Origin: Batkoa obscura
Taxonomy: Eukaryota
NCBI GenBank assembly: GCA_030770535.1
Contig: JASVEC010000021.1
Span: 806,001 to 870,000 of the forward strand
Reading direction: 5' to 3'
Length of the DNA stretch: 64,000 nt
The position numbers and the translations under genes are program-made. The first letter of the stretch is position 1. Every line of letters starts with the position of its first letter. This document shows positions 1-10,816 of this stretch, one piece after another. The notes beneath the pieces are model-generated. The model ran no database searches, was not told where the DNA came from, and was given only the letters and a program-made list of their open reading frames with translations.

Positions 1-544
1 TTCTAAGCATAATTTCCACTTTTAAATCTATTGATAATTAAATTAATATCAACTTTATATTCAAATATTACCTCACACTAAAACTGAGATAGTTTTATGT
101 TAATTTAACACTATTGATATTAATATTAATAGGAAAATCATCGATTTTTCATTTTTATATTAAACTATTTAATAATTTATTTTAGTTTTATAGAAAATAA
201 GAATGTAAGCATACATTGATTAAAATTCTAAAAATCTTGGACTATTAAATTATTAAATTATCAAATTATTAAACTATTAGATTAGAAATTTAAACTATAA
301 GTGCCTAAAATTGTTTTATTTAAGATGGTTTTCATAGCAGTATTAAGATGAGCAGAACCTATTTGAAACTTCTGATTGCATACATTTATTAAATCATTTA
401 AAAGTGAATATCATTTTATAATAATAAAATTATTGTTATTTTGTCATTTTTTTAAATCCTTATTTTCAACTTAATTTTAAAAACAGAATCCAGCCCCCTA
501 TAAAACCTCAAAATTTAAACTCATTAGCCACATTTTTACTTTAA

Positions 545-2179
545 ATGGAAGAGGTTGCACATAACACATCTAGCCAAGAAGTAACCGAAGAAGATATAGA
601 AAGCAACTTAGAATCTCAACATTTTAATGAAGTGATTCAAAGCTTTCAGCATTATGGTCATTATTACCTTCACAACCTATTAAAAAAGAAGCAAGATTTT
701 GAAAACCTGGTTACAGATAGTTTACAAAAAGAAACGATTTCTGATATATATAATTATAAAATTCAAAAAGTAGCCCAAGGTATTAAGTTGAATGCAGGAT
801 TTTTGAATTTAATCACTGAAGACCATCACATATTTCAAAACGAATTTCATAGTGATATTAAAGAAGTAAGCGTTCTTTTTAAAAAAATATGATTTTTAAA
901 ATTTTAGAATGTTGATTAATGTATTATTAAGATAAATGGAGGCTATTCACCAACAATAGAAAATATGGATAGGGTGAGTATTACAATAAAAATGATTGTT
1001 AGAGACTGGTCAAAGCTTGTAAGTGAATTAAAGTTTCTTAATATTTATTTTAACAAATGTGTAAATCAAATAGGGAGAAATTGAAAGAAAATTAACATAC
1101 GAGCCAATCAAGGATTGTTTAGAAGCTCATTTTAAAGATTACTCTAACGAAAAAAGACATAAATTAAAAGTATTGGTACCAGGAGCAGGTTTAGGCAGAT
1201 TGGCGTATGAAATTGCTACATTGGGTAAGCTGAAATTGATAATACTAGAGTGATATAGCTAATTTACTTTTTTAGGCTTCAGTGTACAAGGTTAGAAAAA
1301 TATAGTAATTAGGTTATAAAGATTTGACATTTTTTATTAATTTAAAGGGAATGAGTTTTCTTATTTTATGGTAATTTAATTGTAATTGGAAGTTTATCTA
1401 GCTTATTCTGGTATTTTTATTTCTAATTAGTTATTGGCATCTTCATTTATGCTTAACAAGTAAGCTATTACTCATAGTAAAGTAAAAGTTTATTTCTATT
1501 TAAATCATAGGTCCCATCAAATAGAGTGTTATGATTTATATCCTTATGTAACGAATTTTTCCAACCATTTGAGTATCGAGGATTTAATTAAAGGGATCAA
1601 AGTACCTGATATTTTACCTCACGGACTTTTGCCAAATGTCGACTTTTCAATGGCAGCTGGTGATTTTGTGGAAGTGTATACAAAAGAAGAACAACTTGGT
1701 AGGTTTATTATAAACTGGTAATCTAGTTTTTTAACTTTTTAATACTATTATTAGAATCTTGGAATTCAGTAGTCACCTGTTTTTTTATAGATACAGCCAA
1801 GAATGTATTAGATTATATACAGATCATCTTTAATTTATTAAAACCAGGAGGGATTTGGATAAACATAGGTAAACGATAGAGTAAATGACTAAGCTATTTA
1901 ATATACTATTTTTTTACCAGGCCCTTTATTGTATCATTTTGAAGAGATAAGTAGTGAGCATTCAATTGAATTAACTTATGAAGAACTCCGGTTGTTTATT
2001 TTGGCAGTTGGATTTGAGATTCATGTAATATTAAAGCACTCTCATTAGTACCACTACTGATAATTATTTAGGATGAAAAAAGAGTGGAAGTACCATATAC
2101 ATCTAGTTTGGATTCAATGTTAGTGCATTCTTATAACTGTATAGTATTTAATGCTATAAAGCCAAATAAAAGTACTTAA
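545..2179 (+). CDS. CARNMT1: Carnosine N-methyltransferase (N2227 family), multi-exon
   Basis: Spliced motifs [66 protein letters not shown] across GT-AG introns; stop TAA at 2177-2179. Confidence 0.9.
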
Positions 2180-2406
2180 AAGTTATATTGTTTGAGTATA
2201 TTTTTGCTTTAGTATTTAATTTTTTTTTTAAATTTCAAGTTACATAAAAGAATGGACAAAATAGTAAAAAGGATACTTTCATTTGTATGTAAATAAATTT
2301 AATCCCTGAATTTGTAAATTATTTACTTATAACAAGTATATAAAGCACATTTAAAAGTCGCAAAATTAGATAAAAATAGGTTTATTTTGAATTACATAAA
2401 TAATAT

Positions 2407-3948
2407 TTAAGCTTGTTGGGTAAGAGCTTTTTGTACTCGACTACCATACTCCTTATCTGCTTTACTAAAGTGTTCTACCATTCTATTTTGAATTTCTTTT
2501 TTAGCACCAGAAAGATGGCCAGCAATGTTTTTAATAAGATCATCTTGTTCTTCCTTCTCTAACTTTTTGTATAAATTACCAGCTTGTACATAGTCATCAT
2601 CGGTCAATGGCTGAGCATAGCGTGCGTGTACATTTTGCTTATTGCCACCTTCACGGTTAAAGTTACCATTATCTGGTTGATTGATATTTCCAGAAGATAA
2701 AGAATTGCTTGTAATTTCTTGACTTACCTTATCTTGACTCAATTGAGTATTAAGTGGTTTTGGTCCATCAAATGAGTTTGGATAAAAGTTGGGTCGATTA
2801 CCTCCGTTGCTATCGAAGGTCATAGAACCATCTCTTTGATAAGTGTTAACCTTAGCTTTATATGGGCAATTAATTGGAAGTTGGGTGTAGTTAGCACCAA
2901 TACGATAACGATGAGCATCTGCATAAGCGAATAAACGACCTTGTAACATCTTATCTGGAGAAGGTTCAATACCAGGTGGCATATTAGCAGGGGAAAAAGC
3001 AACTTGCTCCGTTTCGGCAAAGAAATTTTCTGGGTTTTTGTCAAGTACCATACGACCAACCTCTTGTAAAGGAAAGTCTGAATGAGGCCATACCTTAGTG
3101 ATGTCAAATGGGTTGAAACGATAAGTTGAAGCTTGTTCTAAAGTCATAACTTGCATTTTTAATGTCCAGCTTGGATGTTCACCTTTTTTGATGGCTTCAA
3201 ATAAGTCTTCAGTTCCATAATCTGGATTTTCACCAGCTATCTTAACTGCCTCTTCATCCTTGAGGTTCTTAATACCTTGATCGGATTTAAAATGGAATTT
3301 AACAAAATGGCATTCACCCTTATCGTTAACTAACTTAAGGGTATGACCATAATATCCATTCATAAATCTGAAGCCATCAGGAGTACCACGATTTGAAAAC
3401 AAGATAGTAACCTGATGAATAGATTCTGGAGTCAACGATAAGAAATCCCAAAACATGTCTTTATCTTTGAGGTTGGTTTGTGGGTTACGTTTTTGGGTAT
3501 GAATAAAATCAGGAAACTTGATAGTATCTCTGATAAAAAATACTGGTGTATTATTACCTACATAATCAAAGTTACCTTCTTCGGTATAAAATTTAACTGC
3601 AAATCCACGTGGATCACGGACACAATCGGCAGAACCCTTCTCACCACCAACCGTGGAAAAACGTGTGAATACTGGTGTACGTTTACCTACTTGACTTAAG
3701 AACTTTGCCTTGGTTAAATGCGAGATATCTTTAGTAACTTCAAAGTAACCATGGGCACCAGCACCTTTGGCATGGACCACACGTTCTGGAACCCTTTCAC
3801 GGTTAAAGTGAGCAAGTTTATCAATCAAATGGAAGTCCTGGATCAAAATACCACCATCTCTACCAGCAGTGAAAGAGTTTTGATCATCTTGAACTGGAAT
3901 ACCATGGGAGGTAGTAAGTACGTGTGAATTTTGCGTCTTTTCAATCAT
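2407..3948 (-). CDS. Monofunctional heme catalase (small subunit, clade 3 type), intronless
   Basis: [15 protein letters not shown] active-site motif and RLFAYADAH heme-ligand motif; 513-aa ORF. Confidence 0.98.
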   Translation of the reverse strand: MIEKTQNSHVLTTSHGIPVQDDQNSFTAGRDGGILIQDFHLIDKLAHFNRERVPERVVHAKGAGAHGYFEVTKDISHLTKAKFLSQVGKRTPVFTRFSTVGGEKGSADCVRDPRGFAVKFYTEEGNFDYVGNNTPVFFIRDTIKFPDFIHTQKRNPQTNLKDKDMFWDFLSLTPESIHQVTILFSNRGTPDGFRFMNGYYGHTLKLVNDKGECHFVKFHFKSDQGIKNLKDEEAVKIAGENPDYGTEDLFEAIKKGEHPSWTLKMQVMTLEQASTYRFNPFDITKVWPHSDFPLQEVGRMVLDKNPENFFAETEQVAFSPANMPPGIEPSPDKMLQGRLFAYADAHRYRIGANYTQLPINCPYKAKVNTYQRDGSMTFDSNGGNRPNFYPNSFDGPKPLNTQLSQDKVSQEITSNSLSSGNINQPDNGNFNREGGNKQNVHARYAQPLTDDDYVQAGNLYKKLEKEEQDDLIKNIAGHLSGAKKEIQNRMVEHFSKADKEYGSRVQKALTQQA

Positions 3949-5044
3949 TTTTTAAATATATTTTTTAAAGTAAATATTAGTTTTTAACTTGTTATTTATA
4001 CTTTTTGCTTCCTATAAATTTATGCGAGATAATCATTAATCTAATCACCACCTTCATCAATCAAATCATTAGGTCATTATAACTTGCACTTATTTTCTCC
4101 CTTTTGTATTTATTTTACTCATTTTTATTACAAATCTTAAGTATTAATTCATTTTTTTCATTTCAAATCTTGAATTTTGATATTTTAATATTAATGTTTT
4201 ATAAATACTGCTCGATTGTTATAGAAATTAACTTGTTAAGAATGACGTAAAGAAACTAATTATCAAAACATTTTCATTAAAAAGTTAAAGGGGATAACTT
4301 AGACTCATTATGAAAATTATCAGTAACGAATTTTAAACAAATTTAATTTTTAGAAATATATCAAATTTAATAGTATATATTGCTCCTGTTAAAAAGAGAA
4401 TATGAAAGTAACAATTGTATCTATACTAATTTTTTAGAATGAATTAAAATCAAGCTAGATAGAAGTTTTATTTCAAAACAACAAGCATAAATAATGGCAT
4501 TAACTTAAAACAGCTAATAGCTAAGCAGTAAATGCTATTGAAATCCCAGACTTTTACTATTTAAATATCCATTGTATAAATTAATCGATTGTCAATTATC
4601 TTAAATTTTATCCACCTACAATAGCATCTCTTGGAATACCTTTAATATCCTAGGGAGTTCGGAGTTTGAGCTTTGATAGCATTTAGCTACTATTAGCATT
4701 CCTAAGGACAAGGTATATAAAACTATATACAATTAATTGAAGTTTTACAAGTCAATATTTTTACATTTTTACCAAATTTTTGTTTGAGTTGATGTGTAGA
4801 ATTCCAAAGTCACTTTCAGATTTGTATAAGGTGATTTAGATTTTTGTAAAACTGCTTTAGCTTTTAATTGGTTAGATTTGAACAAGCTAAAAAATTGCCT
4901 GTATTTATGATATATGTTAAACCAAAAGTTTCAAGGAATTTCTTGTCTTTTAAAAATATTTGAAAACTTCTGAAATTTATAAGTTAAAAAATTAAATTTA
5001 AAACCTGATTAAAAAAATATTTTTTAAATTATTACTTGTTATAT

Positions 5045-5970
5045 TATAAAATATTAATATTTACTTTTATATTAAATTGCTTATTATTAGCTTATCTAAA
5101 TAAATATAAATATTATAAAAGCATAAAAGGTAATTTTATGGTTTGTATTTTAGTTATTTAAATATTATCTTGCTTTATTTTTATATTAAAACTTTTGTTT
5201 ATTATTATTATTAGTATAATTTCATACTCATCAAATAACTTTTTTTATGCTTTGTGTATTTTTTTAATAAACTTTTTTATAAACTTTTAGTTTTTTATAG
5301 TTAATATAAAACAAGTAAATTTTAAATTTTAAATTTTCTGAACTTAATTTAATTTAAATTATATAAATAAAGTTTATTATAAATTTTGATTAACAAAAAA
5401 CTAATACATAAAACTTATTTATAATATTTAAAAATAATTTTAAACTATAAGTGCTGTAAATCAATTTCTAATTATGTGATGTTAAAAAAAGTTATTTGAC
5501 AGTATAAAATTACAATAATAGTAATAATATAAATGACGTAAATAACATAAATAACATAGATATATGGGGATGTTTTTTTCGCTTCATCACTTTTTCTAAG
5601 TAAAATTCTTAAATAAAAGACACATCTCCATATAATAAAAAATGAGCCATACAAAATATCATAAACGCAAAATACTTGTTAATAAATTATACAAAACAAT
5701 AAACACAAATATAATAAAAAATAAAATAAAAAATAGAAGTTTTAATATAAAAATAAAGAAGGATAGTACTTAAATAACTAAAATATAAGCCATAAAATTA
5801 CTTTTTATAATTTTGCACTAATTTACTAAATTATTTAAAGCTATTAAGTTTGAACTAGTTCTAAAGGTAGTGACTTTTATACTCATAATAGTTTTTTTTA
5901 ATAGTTTTATAATATCTATATTCATTTAGATTAGGTAATAATAGGCAATTTAATTCAAAAATAAAAATAA
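5045..5970. repeat. Long degenerate inverted repeat (foldback-like) with insertions in the right arm
   Basis: The reverse complement of about 5050-5250 matches, in order, 5484-5535, 5730-5810 and 5905-5965 (e.g. AAGTTTTAATATAAAAATAAAG...TAAATAACTAAAATA...CCATAAAATTAC). Confidence 0.7.
5566..5629. mobile_element. MITE family A, internally deleted copy
   Basis: GGGGATGT...ACATCTCC flanked by ATAT/ATAT. Confidence 0.8.
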
Positions 5971-6032
5971 AAACTTTAAAATAAAAAATACTGATATTTT
6001 ATAACTTTCTAAATATTGAATTTTAGAAATAT

Positions 6033-6100
6033 GGGGACGTTTAAACTAGTTCTAAAATTTAGTTGAAAATTAATCCAAAATTTAAGGTTTTAAGATTATA
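6033..6100. mobile_element. Orphan terminus of a related Sola-like element
   Basis: ATAT-GGGGACGTTTAAACTAGTTCTAAAATTTAGTTGAAAATTAATCCAAAATTTAAG resembles the reverse complement of the 9900-9959 element end (GGGGCTGTCCTAATTGGTTTCAGAATCTACTTAGAAATTAACCCAAATTTAAAATTTAAG). Confidence 0.55.
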
Positions 6101-6114
6101 AATTTTTAATATAT

Positions 6115-6211
6115 GGGGATGTATTTTTTTGTTTAAGAATTTTACTATAATCTTTCCACTCAAATAGCGCTTAAAAAATGGAAGAATAATCAAACCAAAA
6201 AAAACAGCCCC
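6115..6211. mobile_element. MITE family A (a degenerate copy abuts it at about 6216-6310)
   Basis: GGGGATGT...ACAGCCCC, TSD ATAT, conserved core CCACTCAAATAGCGCTTAAAAAATGG. Confidence 0.9.
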
Positions 6212-6384
6212 ATATAAAGATGTATTTTTTAAAAAAATTTACTAATAGCTTTTTTATTCAAATAGTGCTTAAAAATAAAAAAAGTGATAAAGCTAAAAAA
6301 GTACATCTATATAGTTAATTAAATTAAAAAGCTAAATTGAAGAAACAAACTCGAAAAGCTTGTTTTGATTATTTTTGTTTTTTT

Positions 6385-6479
6385 GGGATATTTTTTGTCT
6401 TCATTACTTTTTCTATTTTTAAGCGCTATTTGAGTGGAAAGATTGTTAGCAAAATTCTTAAACGAAAAAACACATCCCC
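6385..6479. mobile_element. MITE family A
   Basis: GGGATA...ACATCCCC flanked by TTTT/TTTT; core in reverse orientation. Confidence 0.85.
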
Positions 6480-6936
6480 TTTTACTAAAATAAAATGTAG
6501 GTTTTTATAAACTTTGAAATAAAACTTTTAAAAATCTTACTATAGTAAAAAAAGTATACAACATAAATATTATAATTTATTCATATAAATTTGATAATTA
6601 TTTAACACAATCCGAGTTTATAATATTTTAACAATAGTAATAATAAATTTAATTAAATAATATATAAAGTTAATATTTAGAAAAAAAGAAAGAGTAGAAT
6701 TATTATCAGTCATAGCTTTAGGGTACTTTTTTAATAAATATGAATTTTTTGGATTTGATATAAGTAAAAATCAATATGTTTATCTAGAAACAATTGATAA
6801 TAAGGAAACATTGATCTTATAATTTACTATTAAAAACATAAAAAAACAAGCAAGCTAAAGCTATTATATAATATTTGTTTAATAATTTAATTATCAAAAT
6901 TTAACAAAAATAATAAATATTAACCAGATAATATAT

Positions 6937-7240
6937 GAGGATATGGGGATATTTTTTATGATTTGGGGATGTATTTTTGTGTTTAAGAATTTTACTAACG
7001 AATTTTCCGCTTAAATAGTGCTTAAAAAATGGAAAAAATAATGAAGTCAAAAAAAACACTCCCATTTCATTACTTCTTCCATTTCTTAAGCGTTGTTTGA
7101 GTGGAAAGATCGTTAGTAAAATTCTTAAATAAAAAAATACATCCCCATATATTCTTTTGTTTAAGGATTTCGCTAATAATTTTTCCGCCAAAATAGTGCT
7201 CAAAAGATGGAAAAAGTAATGAAACTAAAAAAAAATCCCC
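6937..7240. mobile_element. Three nested MITE A copies (6937-7240 > 6945-7146 > 6965-7063)
   Basis: Each layer has its own termini and TSD: ATAT, ATAT, ATTT. Confidence 0.9.
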
Positions 7241-7543
7241 ATATATAGCAAATATTTTAATAATTTATAAAATAATAATTTAAAAATGAACTTTAATTTT
7301 TTTTATTAGGTATTATAAAAAGAATACAATTGACAAAAAATTTAAAAATCCTATATAATAAAAATTACTAATTAGTTAATTTTTATAAATACAATAAAAT
7401 TGATAAATTAGCTATTAAAAAATAGATACAGTTTTTAAAAAATATAAAAAACAAAAATATGAAACAAGTAATAAAAATAAAGGATTAAAAAGTACTTATA
7501 TCTCATTAAACATAATAATAAATTATATTGCTATCCAGTATTT

Positions 7544-9959
7544 GGGGTTGTCTGAATTAGTTTCATTATCTTATCCAATTTTTGAAAAATTTTGTATTTT
7601 AAAAACTTCGCTTAAAATTCTATAAAATCACATCTTTTATTAAAACAAAAGTACCCAAACACAGTTCTAAATCATTCTATTATAGCTCATACTGTAAGTT
7701 AGTTGAATTTCTACTAGATCTTAAATACATGTTCTTATAAAGCTTAATTGAGAAATATTTACTATCAACTGCTTTATAACCAACATTGTAGATTTATTAT
7801 CAAATAAATAAACTATTTTAATGTTATAATTACATTATTAATATATTGCCAAGTTAATAAATAGCTGCATGGGAGGGAGTGGTTAGCCCCAAAACTATAA
7901 TTAACCATCCCTAGATAGTACAAGTAATAATAGTTTTTACATATTATTACAGTTACTTGTTCTTTGACTGTTTATTAACTTAGCTATTAATAACTTAAGT
8001 AATCCTAACATTTAACAATCTATTTCTATCATTCAACAAACTACTTACTTGCTTAGTAAATATCGAAATTTTGAAATTCTCTGTTATCTTCGTAAGGTAA
8101 GCTGGGATCGATCTTTTAATTTTTCTGTTTTCTATAGACTCTATAACTTTAATTGGGACTATATCGCTTTTTTTTGATGTATCAGATACTAGATAACAAT
8201 GTAGTTTATTGTTATGTTTAATAAAGTGTAAATACTTCTTAATGCCCTGCATCTCTATTATTCTTTTTGTATTTTTGTTTCTTTTATACTTTTTAAAAAT
8301 TATATCTGTTTTCCCATTATTAACAGTCGAGTTATTAATTTTATTATGCTCGCAAATAAAAGCCTCAAATCTTGAAATTAGTTGATCGATATCTTCTATT
8401 TTACCTAACACTTCAAAACTACTTTTCCATTTTGAAAGGTTTCCAAAATGTCCATCAACTATACTTTTTCCATGATGCTCAGCAAAAAAATTAAGATTGA
8501 CATTCAAACTACTATTTATTTTATGAATTTCTTTAAACATATAGTGTAGAAACTCTTGGGATCTAAGATGATTTCCTGTATCTGCCCATATATTAATTTT
8601 TGTAAACTTTTTAAATAGAAGCTCTGTAGAGATTAAATCGATTAAACAATCTCCTGCATATGCTGAATCATGATTCAATATTTCAGATAAATAATCAAAG
8701 TAAACTTTGCCTATTGTTTTATCATCTTTTAAATATAATACACCAAAACCTAATACTGATATAGCTTGTTTATTATAATGATCTAGATTTATTGAATCTG
8801 GTCTTGTTCCTATTTCCATATTTTGTTTAAAATCTAAAACTATTATACAACTTTTGTTATTTAATTTTTTGATAGTTTCATTAAATGTGTTTTTTTGAGT
8901 GTCAACACAGAATTTATGTAATTTGTATAATTTTTCTTCTTCGTTGAAAATTTCTTGTATCTCTGCTTTGTTTTTTGCTGTATTTATTTTATTTTCAAAT
9001 AACTTTTTTCTAACTGTATACTGGGTACATATATTACATAGATCCGTTTTTCTTGCTGGATTTTTGAAATTACTTGGTATATATTTAAAGAACGTTGACC
9101 TAGCTACTGCTTTATCTCTTAGATCATTCTTCTACTTTTATTTAATATATATATATTATCTGATGAATATTTACTATCGTTATTTTTTTTATTAAATCTT
9201 GATGAAATAGTTGAATCATTTAGTAAATATTGTATGATAGTTTCAATTTGGTCATCTTTAATTTTTTTTGTATTTTTAATAATAGGTTGTAATGTTGATA
9301 TTTTATTATTATTACTTGTTTTTGAATAATCATATTGATTTCTATTTATATTAAACCCAAAACTCTTACATTCATCAAAAGAATATACTGAAGCTATAGT
9401 TGATAATAACGCTACTTGCTGATTTTTGTTTCCTGTTTCCCTTAAAGCACTAATTTTATACATTACTTGATTAAGTTTATTATTATCGATAGTAAACTTT
9501 GATAATATATCTTTTCTTTGTTTTGTTTTATTATAAAATTCCATAAACCTTGGGTTGTTATAAGTAGCTCTTAAAATTGATGTAAATGAATTACAATGTT
9601 TATATTGTGTACTCCTCCCTATTGTATTGAAGTTTTCAAAAATTCCATTTCGAAGTTTAGTTATGAAAGTTTGCATTTTATTTTTATTTCAACAAAAAAT
9701 AAAGTCAAATAAGTGTATTTATATAATTATATAATCATATAGTTATATATTATATATCTGTTAAATATCTAACAGAACTAACATAAAATATATAGTTAGG
9801 AAAATTAGCTATTTAAGAAAAGGAAACAATTAAAATAAGTTTTAAATAGAGACATTTAATTTTAGGCTTTTTAGATTTAACCGTTATATTGGACACAAAC
9901 TTAAATTTTAAATTTGGGTTAATTTCTAAGTAGATTCTGAAACCAATTAGGACAGCCCC
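7544..9959 (-). mobile_element. Sola-like DNA transposon, copy 1 (about 2.4 kb)
   Basis: Imperfect 22-bp TIRs GGGGTTGTCTGAATTAGTTTCA / TGAAACCAATTAGGACAGCCCC; exact 4-bp TSD ATTT (7540-7543, 9960-9963); internal transposase; second copy at 39938-43124. Confidence 0.88.
7995..9676 (-). pseudogene. Sola-type DDD transposase, frameshifted by one 22-bp deletion near 9125
   Basis: Motifs TDLCNIC, IIVLDFKQN, IWADTGNH, FFAEHHGKSIVDGHFG. Restoring the 22 bp present in copy 2 joins the two ORFs into one of about 567 aa. Confidence 0.85.
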
Positions 9960-10067
9960 ATTTGATAAACCAATAAAACATAAAATTCTAATTAAAGTTG
10001 TAAAGTTTATAGAAGATAAAAAATTAAAAGATTAGCCCTAAGCTTGTTTTACAAAAATATCAATGCT

Positions 10068-10402
10068 ACTTAAATTAGTAATAATTAAATTAGTAAATAG
10101 TCAGAGAGTAAATAGTTATAATGATATATGAAGACTGCTATTGTATTGTTTACATTATATAAGGATGGTCAACTATAGCTTTCGGGCTAATCCCCTATGT
10201 AGCTGGTTCTTGACTTAGTAATCTATTAACGTAATTTTAATATTGAAATAATTTGGCTATTATTTGAATAAGCTATATTGAATTTTTAAATAAAGAGCTT
10301 TAATTTTTTCACTTTATTTATTTAAAATGATCATAAGGCCAAATCTATGTATAAAGTCAACAGCGGATATTTTTTTATAAAATTTTACAAGAATATGTGT
10401 TT
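10068..10402. repeat. Diverged free-standing copy of the non-coding 3' region of the Sola-like element (inverted relative to about 7722-8000)
   Basis: Aligns to the reverse complement of about 7722-8000, mostly with transitions, plus an insertion at about 10280-10345; lies outside the TIR and TSD. Confidence 0.75.
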
Positions 10403-10816
10403 GTTCATATACTACAACTTTCACTATTAATATTATACATGCTAAATTGCTCAATTTTCGTTGTGACAGGAATTTTCATTCAATTTTAACAATTTAATTA
10501 TATTATGTCCCTTTCTAATATAGTACTTTTTTAAAGAATTTTAGGTAAAGCTTTATTTACTAAATAAACAGTAATTGCTGTACAGTTAAATTTTAATAGT
10601 TGGAATTCCTTTTTCCAAAAATCTACCTGGGCTATTTCACATTAACTACCTCATTTTTTTACATTTTGGCTAATAAATGTCACAGTTAATATAAAACATT
10701 GAGTAGCATTTTTCATCTTACGCAATACCATCAATTTCATTTTTTTAAAATCAACTAAAACTAAAAATTCAAAACTTCATTTCTCATTTTTAATTCTAAC
10801 CCAACGAATACGAAAT

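Noticed and set aside
2820..3927. Short ORFs overlapping catalase
   Set aside because: Shadow frames of a strong CDS with no recognisable motifs.
2407..3948. Horizontal origin of the intronless, bacteria-like catalase
   Set aside because: Clade 3 catalases are highly conserved across domains and several other genes here are intronless; this cannot be supported without a phylogeny.
6901..7203. ORFs at 5472, 6901, 18498, 39323, 44188 and 44980 sharing GDVFF..RIL/KKTSP-like peptides
   Set aside because: The shared peptides are translations of MITE sequence, not a protein family.
10155..10200. U6atac snRNA (AAGGATGG...TCGGGC similarity)
   Set aside because: The upstream AAGGAGAGA box and AGC catalytic triad are not present at the required spacing.
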